Below, in pieces: positions 9,341-18,585 of a stretch of 64,000 nt of DNA; within the stretch, counting starts at the first letter, position 1, and every line of letters begins with the position of its first letter. The notes below the pieces were generated by a model. The model ran no database searches. It was not told the DNA's origin and saw only the letters and a program-made list of their open reading frames with translations. The translations under genes and the position numbers were made by a program. Source of the stretch: Nitrospirota bacterium (GTDB lineage: Bacteria; Nitrospirota; UBA9217); contig JAOUEV010000004.1 in assembly GCA_029858565.1 (NCBI GenBank), positions 32,001 through 96,000 on the forward strand, given 5' to 3'.

Positions 9341-12300
9341 ATGAAACAGCAGGAAAACACCGCCTTGCCGGGCCGCATCCTTGTCATTTTTCTCCTGTTG
9401 ATCGTCTGCATCAGCATCTCCGGATATTTATATTACAAGAACCTGAAGCGCCAGCTGCAGGAAGAAATCCAGGAGCACCTTGCCGCCGTCGCTGACCTCA
9501 AAACGCAGCAGATCGTGAATTGGCGAAAGGAACTACTCGCGGATGCAAGGGTCGTGATCGAGTCTCCCGCGCTTGCGCCCTACGTGCGGCAGGTTCTGGA
9601 CGGACGGGCGCCGGAAAAAATGAAGCGCGAGCTTGCGAGCTGGCTCACGCTGTGGGCGGAACAGCACGAGCATGCCAGCATCGCCCTTGTCGATGCGCGG
9701 GGATCTGTCCGCCTGACGACGAAGCCGGCGGATGCCTTAGGTGAAAAGGGCAAGCGGCATCTTGCGGCAGCCATCCGGACCGGGGATGTCTATATCACTG
9801 ATTTTCACTTCGGCCGGTCCATGCGGCATTCCCACATCGATCTGGTGGTGCCGGTTCGCTCGCAAGCCGGGGACCGGGCCCCGTCCGCAGCTTTCTTCCT
9901 CCGCGTCGACCCGCGCAGGTTCCTGTTTCCGCTCCTCCAGTCCTGGCCCACGAAGAGCAGGACCGCCGAAACGATGCTGGCCGAACGGGACGGCGATGAT
10001 GTGCTGTTCCTGAATGACCTGCGCCACAAGAATAATTCAGCGTTCCAGTTCCGGCTGCCCGTCGCGACCGAAAAGCTGCCCGCTGCCATGGCGGTGCGCG
10101 GCGTGACCGGGGTCGTGGAAGGCGTGGATTACCGCGGCGTTCCCGTGCTTGCGGCGATCCGGGCCGTGCCCGGCACTTCCTGGTTCATGATCGCCAAGGT
10201 CGACCAGGAGGAGATCTACGCGCCGCTCCGGCTGCGCGCCTGGCTGATCGCGGCGCTCACCATCGCCCTCATCGCCGCTGCCGGCCTCGGCGTGGGATAC
10301 TGGTGGCGGCAGCAGAGCGCAACCTTCTATCGCAGGCACTACGAAGCCGAGGCGGAATTCCATGCCGAGCGGAAAAAAATGGAGTCCCAGGCGCTGGCGC
10401 GGCTCGAATTTCTCCAAATACTGATCGAAGCCATCCCGATCCCTGTTTATTATAAGGATGTCCGGGGCGTGTACCAGGGATGCAATACCGCGTTCGCGCA
10501 GAGCCTCGGCCGGCCGAAAGAGGCGATCCTGGGAAAGACCGTCTACGATATAGCGCCGAAAGACCTTGCCGACACGTACCAAATCATGGATTCCGATCTG
10601 TTCCAGCGCGGCGGGACCCAGCGGTACGAGACGTTCATGCCGCACGCCGACGGGACAAGGCACGATGTGATCATCCACAAGGCCACCTTTGCGGACGAGA
10701 ACGGTTCTGCGGCCGGGCTGGTAGGCGTCATAACCGACGTTACTCAGGAGAAACGCCTGGAACGGGAGCGGAGCGCGGAAGCAGCCGCGCTGCTGGAAGG
10801 CACGCGCGCGGTCCTGAAGTACCGGGAATTCCCTGATGCTGCGCGGGACATTTTCGACGCCTGCAGGAACCTGCTCGGCGCGACCGCGGGATACGTTGCC
10901 ATGCTGAGCAGCGACGGGTCGAAAAACGAACTGCTCTTCCTGGAAGCCGGGGGACGGCCCTGCGCAGTTGACCGCAGCCTGCCGATGCCCGTGCGCGGGC
11001 TCCGGGAGCGGGCATACTCCCTCAGGAAAACGGTCTGGGAGAACGACTTTCCGCAAAGCGAATGGGCAAAACTGATGCCGCAGGGGCACGTTACCCTCGA
11101 CAACGTGCTGTTCGCGCCGCTGATCATCGAAGGGGGCGCGGTCGGCGTGATCGGCCTTGCCAATAAGCCGGGCGGCTTCACGGAGCGCGACGCGCACCTG
11201 GCAGCGGCGTTCGGCGAACTTGCGGCCGTGGCACTGCGCAACAGCCGGACGCTCGAAACGCTCGAAGCGGGCGAGGAGCGTCTGCAACAGGTCTTGAAAG
11301 GCAGCCGGCAGGGGTTCTGGGACTGGAACATCGCGACGGGCGAGGTGGTCCGGAACGAGCGATGGGCCGAGATGCTGGGCTACACCCTGCGGGAGATCGA
11401 GCGGGACGTCAGGCAGTGGACGGACCTCATCCACCCCGCAGACCAGGCGGCTGCCTGGCAGTCCATCCAGGACCATCTCGACGGCCGTACCGCGGCCCAT
11501 GAGATCGAGTACCGGATGCGCGCGAAAGACGGACAATACAAGTGGATCCTCGACCGCGCCACGGTCGTGCAGCGCGACAGCCAGGGAAAGCCCCTCCGCA
11601 TGAGCGGCACGCATACGGACGTGACCGAACGCAGGCAGACGCAGGAGCAGTTGACGCTGAAATCCTACCTCCTGGACAACGCCTCGGACTCCATTTTCGT
11701 GAGCGACCTGGGCAACGAGATCGTCTATGCAAATGATACCGCCGGCACAACGCGGGGATACAGCCGCGAGGAAATGGCGGGCATGAAGGTGAGCCGGCTG
11801 AATGCTCCCGAATACGCGCTGCTGCTGCCAGGGCGCATTGCGAACCTGATCGCGCAGGGGACCGGGACGTACGAAAGCGTTCATGTCCGGAAGGACGGGT
11901 CGGCGTTTCCGGTGGAGGTACATGCCCGCGTCATCGAGCGGGAAGGATCGAAATTCGTCCATGCCCTGGTCCGGGACATTACCGAGCGCAAGCGGGCGGA
12001 ACTGGCATTAAAAGAGAGCGAGGAGCGCTATCGACGTCTTGTCGAGGGATCGCCTGATATTGTGTACCGTTTTTCGAGCAGGCAAGGCGGTGTTTATTAT
12101 TCCGCGAGGGTCAAGGCCATTCTCGGCTATACGCCGGCGTATCTGTTCGATCACCCCTTTATATGGCATGATTCCATTCATCCGGACGATTTGGCAGGCG
12201 TTGACCATGCCATTGGAAACGCGGACAAAACCACCGGCTACCAGCTTGAATACCGGATCAAGGACGCCGGGGGCAATTGGCACTGGTTTCAGGACCGCTT

Positions 12301-13954
12301 TATCGGGAAAATCGTTAAAGACGACGAGATCATCATTGAAGGCTTGGCAACGGACATCACCGAGCGCAAGCGGTCGGAGGAGGAGCTGCATTTTGCCAGT
12401 CAGCGCCTGCAGATTGCCATGCAATCGGCAAAGCTCGGGATCTGGGATTGGGATATCGTGAACAATCTTATGACCTGGGATGACCGCATGCTCGAGCTGT
12501 ATGGCCATAGCAGGGAGAGCTTCCGCGGCGGCGTCGAAGCATGGGAGCGCGGCCTGCATCCGGAGGACCGAGACAGAGCGTGGGACGAGTGCCAGCAGGC
12601 GCTGCGCGGAGAGAAGCCCTTTGATACAGAATTCAGAGTGCTTCATCCCGATGGTACGGTGCTGCACCTCAAAGCGGACGGATTGGTGCTGCGGGATGCT
12701 GATGGAAAACCGCTTCGAATGCTCGGCATCAATTATGACATCACCGAACGCAAGGCCGCGGAGGACGCGCTCAAGAGAGCAAAAGAACGATCCCAGCGCT
12801 ATCTCGACATCGCAGGGGTCATGATCGTGGCCCTGGACGAAAAACAAAATGTCGTGCTGGTGAACCGGAAGGGGTGCGAGATCCTGGGGTGCTGCGAGAT
12901 CAACATTATAGGGAAGAACTGGTTCGACCGGTTCACGCCCGATCGGTTCCGCAACGAGTTGAAAGGCGTGTTCGCGCAGCTCATGGCCGGAGTTGTCGTT
13001 CCGGTCGCATATTATGAAAATCCCGTCCGGACAGCAGGAGGGGAAGAGCGGCTGATCGCCTGGCACAATACGGTCCTGCGCGACGACGCCGGGAATATCG
13101 TCGGCACGCTCAGTTCCGGAGAGGACATTACCGAGCGCAGGAAGCTCGAGAAGGACGCGCTGACGAAGAACTATCACCTGGTGCAGCTGGGCCAGCTGTC
13201 CGCGGGCATCGCGCACGAAATCAACAATCCGAACAACGCCATCCTGTCCAGTTCCCAGATGCTCCAGAATGCCTGGGAGGACGCCGGGAAGATCCTGGCG
13301 AAATACTACGCGGAGAACGGCGATTTCCGGCTCGGCGGCCTCTCCTATGCCGCGGCGCACACGAATGTGGCCGAACTGCCATCCCTGATCACCTCCTGCT
13401 CCCGCCGCATCCGGGAGATCATCGAAAGCCTGAAGGACTATGCAGGGCGGCGGCGCATGAGCATGGACGCCGAGGTGAACGTGAACAAGGTGATCGCCGA
13501 CGCGTTGATCATTCTCGGCAGCCAGATCAGGCGGTTCACCGACAACTATTCCGCCGACCTGAAGGGGAACCTGCCGCCGGTCCTGGGGAACCGGCAGGCC
13601 CTGGAGCAGGTCGTCATCAACCTGGTCATGAATGCGCTGGAGTCGCTTCCTGACCGGGGCCGTGGGATCAGGATCACTTCCTCCTTTGATGAGGCGCAGC
13701 AGAGCGTCGTCATCCAGATTGCCGATGAAGGCGTGGGCATGTCCCCGGAAATCTGCCGGGAGGCGCTCGATCCGTTCTTTACGACCAAACACGATGCCGG
13801 CGGAACAGGCCTGGGCTTGAGCATTTCCAACGCGATCATCACCAACCACGGCGGATCGCTCGAGTTCCGGTCGGAGCCGTGCAAGGGGACCACGGCGATC
13901 GTCAAACTGCCGGCAGGGGCCGGGGAAAGGAGCGGCGGCGATGAAACTGTATAA
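9341..13954 (+). CDS. Membrane sensor histidine kinase with Cache-like periplasmic domain, multiple PAS domains and a GAF domain
   Basis: Two TM segments; repeated DITERK PAS/PAC junctions; H-box AGIAHEINNP; N-box QVVINLVMNA; G-boxes DEGVG, PFFTTK, GTGLGL. Confidence 0.93.
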   Translation: MKQQENTALPGRILVIFLLLIVCISISGYLYYKNLKRQLQEEIQEHLAAVADLKTQQIVNWRKELLADARVVIESPALAPYVRQVLDGRAPEKMKRELASWLTLWAEQHEHASIALVDARGSVRLTTKPADALGEKGKRHLAAAIRTGDVYITDFHFGRSMRHSHIDLVVPVRSQAGDRAPSAAFFLRVDPRRFLFPLLQSWPTKSRTAETMLAERDGDDVLFLNDLRHKNNSAFQFRLPVATEKLPAAMAVRGVTGVVEGVDYRGVPVLAAIRAVPGTSWFMIAKVDQEEIYAPLRLRAWLIAALTIALIAAAGLGVGYWWRQQSATFYRRHYEAEAEFHAERKKMESQALARLEFLQILIEAIPIPVYYKDVRGVYQGCNTAFAQSLGRPKEAILGKTVYDIAPKDLADTYQIMDSDLFQRGGTQRYETFMPHADGTRHDVIIHKATFADENGSAAGLVGVITDVTQEKRLERERSAEAAALLEGTRAVLKYREFPDAARDIFDACRNLLGATAGYVAMLSSDGSKNELLFLEAGGRPCAVDRSLPMPVRGLRERAYSLRKTVWENDFPQSEWAKLMPQGHVTLDNVLFAPLIIEGGAVGVIGLANKPGGFTERDAHLAAAFGELAAVALRNSRTLETLEAGEERLQQVLKGSRQGFWDWNIATGEVVRNERWAEMLGYTLREIERDVRQWTDLIHPADQAAAWQSIQDHLDGRTAAHEIEYRMRAKDGQYKWILDRATVVQRDSQGKPLRMSGTHTDVTERRQTQEQLTLKSYLLDNASDSIFVSDLGNEIVYANDTAGTTRGYSREEMAGMKVSRLNAPEYALLLPGRIANLIAQGTGTYESVHVRKDGSAFPVEVHARVIEREGSKFVHALVRDITERKRAELALKESEERYRRLVEGSPDIVYRFSSRQGGVYYSARVKAILGYTPAYLFDHPFIWHDSIHPDDLAGVDHAIGNADKTTGYQLEYRIKDAGGNWHWFQDRFIGKIVKDDEIIIEGLATDITERKRSEEELHFASQRLQIAMQSAKLGIWDWDIVNNLMTWDDRMLELYGHSRESFRGGVEAWERGLHPEDRDRAWDECQQALRGEKPFDTEFRVLHPDGTVLHLKADGLVLRDADGKPLRMLGINYDITERKAAEDALKRAKERSQRYLDIAGVMIVALDEKQNVVLVNRKGCEILGCCEINIIGKNWFDRFTPDRFRNELKGVFAQLMAGVVVPVAYYENPVRTAGGEERLIAWHNTVLRDDAGNIVGTLSSGEDITERRKLEKDALTKNYHLVQLGQLSAGIAHEINNPNNAILSSSQMLQNAWEDAGKILAKYYAENGDFRLGGLSYAAAHTNVAELPSLITSCSRRIREIIESLKDYAGRRRMSMDAEVNVNKVIADALIILGSQIRRFTDNYSADLKGNLPPVLGNRQALEQVVINLVMNALESLPDRGRGIRITSSFDEAQQSVVIQIADEGVGMSPEICREALDPFFTTKHDAGGTGLGLSISNAIITNHGGSLEFRSEPCKGTTAIVKLPAGAGERSGGDETV

Positions 13955-15353
13955 TCCGGCATTGCCCGTGGTGCTTGTTGACGACGATCAGCGCACGCTG
14001 GACACGTTCAGCCTGATGCTCAAGAGCGCCGGCATCGAGAACGTCCTGACGGTTGCCGACAGCCGAACCGCCCAGGAATGCATCGCCGGCCGCGGCGCCT
14101 CGGTGGTGGTCCTCGACCTTTTGATGCCCCATCTCACCGGATCGGAACTCCTGCCGCGGATCAAGCAGACAAACCCGGAGGTCCCGGTCATCATCATGAC
14201 CGCCACTAATGATATCGATTCCGCGATCGAATGCATGAAAAAGGGCGCCGTCGACTACCTGGTCAAGCCCGTGGAGCAGAGCCGGTTCCTGTCCAGCGTG
14301 CAGACTGCCCTGGAGATCGGCGGCCTGCGCGACGAGGTCAATGCGCTCAAAGGGTACCTCCTGAGCGGGAAGCTCAAGAACAAGGACGCCTTCGCGCCGA
14401 TCATCACCCGCAGTCCCAGGATGTTCGCGCTCTTTCAGTACATCGAGGCCGTGGCCGCGTCGCCCCAGCCGCTCCTGATCACCGGAGAAACCGGCACGGG
14501 CAAGGAGCTGATCGCGCAGGTCGCACACGGCTTGAGCGGCAAAGGCGGCGGATTCGCGGCCGTGAATGCGGCCGGACTTGACGACACCCTGTTCTCGGAC
14601 ACGCTCTTCGGCCATGAGAAAGGGGCCTTTACCGGCGCGGACACCCGCAGGCAGGGGATGATCACCCAGGCGGAGGGCGGGACCCTCTTCCTCGACGAGA
14701 TCGGCGAACTGAGCGAACCGTCGCAGGTGAAACTGCTGCGGCTCCTGCAGGACGGGATCTATTACCCACTGGGAACGGATATCGCGAAGCGCAGTGGCGC
14801 CCGCATCATTGCGGCCACGAACACCGATCCCCGTGAGCTTATGGCCGCGGGGAAGTTCCGGAAGGACCTCTACTACCGGCTCTGCACGCACCATATCTGC
14901 CTCCCGCCTCTCCGGGAACGGAGCGAGGACATCCCCCTCCTTGTGGCGCATTTCCTGGATGAGGCCGCAGCATCGATGCAGAAGAACAGGCCCACCCCGC
15001 CGCCCGAGCTGTTCACGCTGCTTTCCGCCTACCCCTTTCCCGGAAACGTGCGCGAACTGCGGGCAATGGTCTTCGACGCCGTGGCCCGGCACCGGTCAGG
15101 GGTCCTGTCCATGGCGAGCTTCAAGCATTCCATGAAACACCTGCCCCCGTTGCTGCAGCCTCTTTCGTCTTCGTCCAACGGCGCAATGCAGCTCTATTTC
15201 TCCTTTTCCCGGTTTCCCACCCTTGACGAGGTTGACGACTATTTTGTGCAGGAAGCACTGAAGCGCACGAACGGCAACATCAGTCTTGCCGCCTCCCTGC
15301 TCGGCATTTCCCGCCAGGCGCTTTCCAAACGACGAAAAAAAGAGAGCAAGTAG
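13941..15353 (+). CDS. Sigma-54-dependent response regulator (NtrC family)
   Basis: Receiver VLVDDD...LDLLMP; Walker A GETGTGKE; GAFTGA; LFLDEIGE; C-terminal HTH AASLLGISR; overlaps the kinase stop. Confidence 0.95.
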   Translation: MKLYNPALPVVLVDDDQRTLDTFSLMLKSAGIENVLTVADSRTAQECIAGRGASVVVLDLLMPHLTGSELLPRIKQTNPEVPVIIMTATNDIDSAIECMKKGAVDYLVKPVEQSRFLSSVQTALEIGGLRDEVNALKGYLLSGKLKNKDAFAPIITRSPRMFALFQYIEAVAASPQPLLITGETGTGKELIAQVAHGLSGKGGGFAAVNAAGLDDTLFSDTLFGHEKGAFTGADTRRQGMITQAEGGTLFLDEIGELSEPSQVKLLRLLQDGIYYPLGTDIAKRSGARIIAATNTDPRELMAAGKFRKDLYYRLCTHHICLPPLRERSEDIPLLVAHFLDEAAASMQKNRPTPPPELFTLLSAYPFPGNVRELRAMVFDAVARHRSGVLSMASFKHSMKHLPPLLQPLSSSSNGAMQLYFSFSRFPTLDEVDDYFVQEALKRTNGNISLAASLLGISRQALSKRRKKESK

Positions 15354-15563
15354 CCCCCCGCTCAAGCAGACCCCCGCAACTTTATTAACAATTCATCGAA
15401 AACGCTCAGTTGTATAACTATTTAAAATAAAATGACATTGTTGTCGGAAATGCGAAGAACGACAACTTTGTTTACATCCATCGGCATCGTAACGCAGACG
15501 CAGGGTTGCTGCATATCCGTGTGGTTACGCGCAGTTGCGGGTTTTTTGTCGGGAAATACCGTC

Positions 15564-15579
15564 CGGCACGGCATTTGTA
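15564..15579 (+). promoter_or_regulatory. Putative sigma-54 (-24/-12) promoter upstream of the MCP cluster
   Basis: CGGCACGGCATTTGTA matches TGGCACG-N4-TTGC with correct GG-N10 spacing (GT instead of GC at -12); lies downstream of a sigma-54 activator gene. Confidence 0.55.
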
Positions 15580-16020
15580 TATATAAAGATAATGTAAAGT
15601 GAAAAAGCCTGGAGCACGAATGCCGTAATGCCTGGTTCATCCTGGCCGCAGCAGCGATGACTTCCATTCTGTCATCCGAAAAACGGCAGTTGAAACCACA
15701 ACAGATTAGCGCAGATGAAAAGCAAAAGCGGATACTTACGTTACCTCAGACTTTCACCAAAAGGGTGAATCCTGCTTTTGCTTGAAGGTCTTGAATTATC
15801 CGTGTTCATCCGGGGTTAACTGCTCTTTTCAGGATCATGCAATTGCCCGGTTTATCACCTGATCATGCAGGGATGTGCGACAGGCGGATTGCTGAAAGCT
15901 CGATATTGATGCAACTACTGTCAAGAGCAGGTTGCTGCGATGCGCTTCAAATACGCCGGGTTGAATATTCCGCGGTGGTCCGGCAGGAGTGCAAGACAGA
16001 ATAATATACGGAGGAAACAG

Positions 16021-17610
16021 ATGCTTAAAAATATGAAGATAGGATCGCGGCTGTACTTGGGATTTGCAGTCGTCATCATGGTATTCGGCCTGTCGGCTGT
16101 TTATCAGATTATGGCTATAAACCAACTTGGGCGCATGCAGGATGAAGGAGCCAAAAGGGCAGACGATACCGTTGCGCTTGAACGTGCCGAACTGGGCCTG
16201 ATGGAATTGTACTCGATGATTGCCGATGCGGTGATCAACCGGGATTATAGCCGCACTGAATCGGAATACCGGGAACTCAAAAGCAGACTGCTGAAGGACG
16301 TCGAACACGTGAAAGAACTGGTTGATACGGAAAAGGAGCGGCAGCTTGCCGCGAAATACCAGGACGACCTGCATCGGTATCTGGAAGTCTGGGAAAACCG
16401 GTTGTTTCCCGCGCTCAAGAGCGGCGAGCAGGCTGCCGGCGAACAGGTGCGTAAGCTCGATGGAGAGATCGACAATATCCGGGAAGAGGCCAGAGGCCAT
16501 CTTGCGGAAATATCGTCATCGCTGAACAAGGAGATGGTTGAAGCGGACAGGGTATACGACGTCCTGCGGGAGAAGGCCGTTACGGCCGCGATTGCGGTGT
16601 TGCTGGTCGGGCTGCTCTTTTCCGCAGGATTGGCGCACTTCATCACGCGAAGCATCACCGCGCCGATCAGCGAGGCGGTGAACATATCCAATGATCTCGC
16701 CGCAGGGGATCTCACCAGGAATATTGTCGTCGCGCGTACGGACGAGACGGGGATGCTGCTCGCGGCCATGAAAGAGATGATCGGTAAAATCGGGGCGGTG
16801 GTTGCCGACGTCAAGACCGCGTCGGGCAATGTGGCTTCGGGCAGCGAGCAGCTCTCGGCCAGCGCCCAGCAGATGTCCCAGGGCACGACCGAACAGGCTG
16901 CTTCGACCGAGGAGGCATCGTCGTCGGTCCAGCAAATGAACGCGACCATCCGTCAGAACTCTGATAACGCGGCCCAGACCGAAAAGATCGCGCTGAAGGC
17001 CGCTATGGACGCCCAGGAGAGCGGCAAGGCCGTGACCGACTCGGTAATCGCCATGAGGCAGATCGCCGAGAAGATCAATATCATCGAGGAGATCGCGCGC
17101 CAGACGAATCTCCTGGCCCTGAACGCCGCGATCGAGGCGGCCCGGGCAGGCGAGCACGGCAAAGGTTTCGCCGTGGTGGCGGCCGAGGTGCGGAAACTGG
17201 CCGAGCGGAGCCAGACTGCTGCTGCCGAGATCAGCCAGCTGTCGGGCTCGAGCGTGCAGGTCGCCGAGCGTGCGGGCAGCATGCTTGCCAAGCTGGTGCC
17301 GGACATCCAGAAGACGGCCGAATTGGTGCAGGAGATCAGCGCATCAAGCAAGGAGCAGGCGGGCGGCGCGGACCAGATCAATGCCTCGATCCAGCAGATG
17401 GACCAGGTGGTGCAGCAGAACGCGGGGGCTGCTGAAGAGATGGCCTCCACAGCAGAGGAACTCTCTTCCCAGGCAGATTATTTGCAGAAAACGGTCGCAT
17501 TTTTCAAAGTGAACGGTGAAGACCGGGGGGTGCGTGAAAAAGGCCGGCCCGAAGAAAGAACAACCGTGGGTGAGAACTTCGGAAATCCGAGGATCCGGGG
17601 GGGGCGATGA
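16021..17610 (+). CDS. Methyl-accepting chemotaxis protein (4-helix-bundle sensor, HAMP)
   Basis: TM-periplasmic-TM-HAMP layout; signalling hairpin [40 protein letters not shown]; GGAGG SD before ATG 16021. Confidence 0.95.
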   Translation: MLKNMKIGSRLYLGFAVVIMVFGLSAVYQIMAINQLGRMQDEGAKRADDTVALERAELGLMELYSMIADAVINRDYSRTESEYRELKSRLLKDVEHVKELVDTEKERQLAAKYQDDLHRYLEVWENRLFPALKSGEQAAGEQVRKLDGEIDNIREEARGHLAEISSSLNKEMVEADRVYDVLREKAVTAAIAVLLVGLLFSAGLAHFITRSITAPISEAVNISNDLAAGDLTRNIVVARTDETGMLLAAMKEMIGKIGAVVADVKTASGNVASGSEQLSASAQQMSQGTTEQAASTEEASSSVQQMNATIRQNSDNAAQTEKIALKAAMDAQESGKAVTDSVIAMRQIAEKINIIEEIARQTNLLALNAAIEAARAGEHGKGFAVVAAEVRKLAERSQTAAAEISQLSGSSVQVAERAGSMLAKLVPDIQKTAELVQEISASSKEQAGGADQINASIQQMDQVVQQNAGAAEEMASTAEELSSQADYLQKTVAFFKVNGEDRGVREKGRPEERTTVGENFGNPRIRGGR

Positions 17611-18086
17611 AACGACCATGCGAGGACAAGCAGGAGCAGCAAAACCGCAGAGGATGGGACATTCTTCTGATCGACGAGGCTGGGCGTGTTTCCGGCGGCC
17701 GGGAAACAGCGCTCATCAAGCACGACGGAATGCATTTCATCGTCGCCGGAGGCGTGGGCAATGCAATACGGCTGCTCGATACGATCGCGGTGGATGCAGT
17801 CTGCAATTGCGCCGAAATCGGCGATCCGGAAGACGCGGCGCGGCTGCTGACGTTCGTTGCGGCGAAGTATCCCGGTCTTCCGGTGATCGATGCGGGGAAA
17901 GACGATTCCCGCACGCAGGGGGAGCTCGGACAGCATGCGTTTATTGAGTCCGTGCGCCGCTACATCGAGAGCAGGAACGAACATCACCGGCGGGAACAGG
18001 CGCGGGCGCGCATGGACGCCGGAGCGTCCCTGTTGCCGCGGTCCTGTCCGGCGGAATGCACCGGTCTCTCGGACGCCGGGGAGTGA
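17607..18086 (+). CDS. Hypothetical protein, degenerate receiver-like domain
   Basis: ILLIDE...DAV...KYPGLPVI pattern resembles a REC fold lacking canonical residues; ATGA-coupled to the MCP. Confidence 0.45.
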   Translation: MKRPCEDKQEQQNRRGWDILLIDEAGRVSGGRETALIKHDGMHFIVAGGVGNAIRLLDTIAVDAVCNCAEIGDPEDAARLLTFVAAKYPGLPVIDAGKDDSRTQGELGQHAFIESVRRYIESRNEHHRREQARARMDAGASLLPRSCPAECTGLSDAGE

Positions 18087-18204
18087 CCGCGGCTTCGACT
18101 CGACGATGAAAAGAATCGCGGTTCATAATTTGATCGCAAAAGGTATGTTTATCAGAAACGCCGGCGGCGGGCCGACAGCCGAAGACAATACGGGAAGAAA
18201 CGTC

Positions 18205-18585
18205 ATGATCGACATCAAATACTGTCAACGAGGAGCCGTCGGCGTCCTGACCTTGGGAGGCGATCTCGGCAAACAGAGCGAATGCGATATCCGGTCGGCC
18301 CTTGCCATGTCGCTTCGCAACGCGGACAGCCTCGTGATCGATCTCGAAAAGGTCGACAATCTCGATTCCGCGTGCTGTGAACTGTTATGCAGGACGATCG
18401 AAACGCATCGGAACGCGAAACGATTGTCGGTGGGCGGGAAATACGTAGAAACGCTGAAAGAAAGGATACGACTGAGCGGTTACGCGTGCATGACGATTTG
18501 CCGGGAAACCGGGGAGTGCCGGTTTTTGCGGCTTTGCGGCGAGCACCCATGGACGGGAAACGCGCAGGATCAGTGGGCGCCATGA
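18205..18585 (+). CDS. STAS-domain (anti-sigma antagonist-like) protein, Cys-rich
   Basis: GVLTLGGDL...LVIDLEKVDNLDSAC, the STAS D-S motif; stop overlaps the next ATG. Confidence 0.75.
   Translation: MIDIKYCQRGAVGVLTLGGDLGKQSECDIRSALAMSLRNADSLVIDLEKVDNLDSACCELLCRTIETHRNAKRLSVGGKYVETLKERIRLSGYACMTICRETGECRFLRLCGEHPWTGNAQDQWAP

Noticed and set aside
35-13849. Long antisense ORFs such as 35-862, 5864-8074, 10037-11962 and 12008-13849
   Set aside because: They shadow well-supported genes on the opposite strand, as expected with GC-rich codon bias, and carry no recognisable motifs
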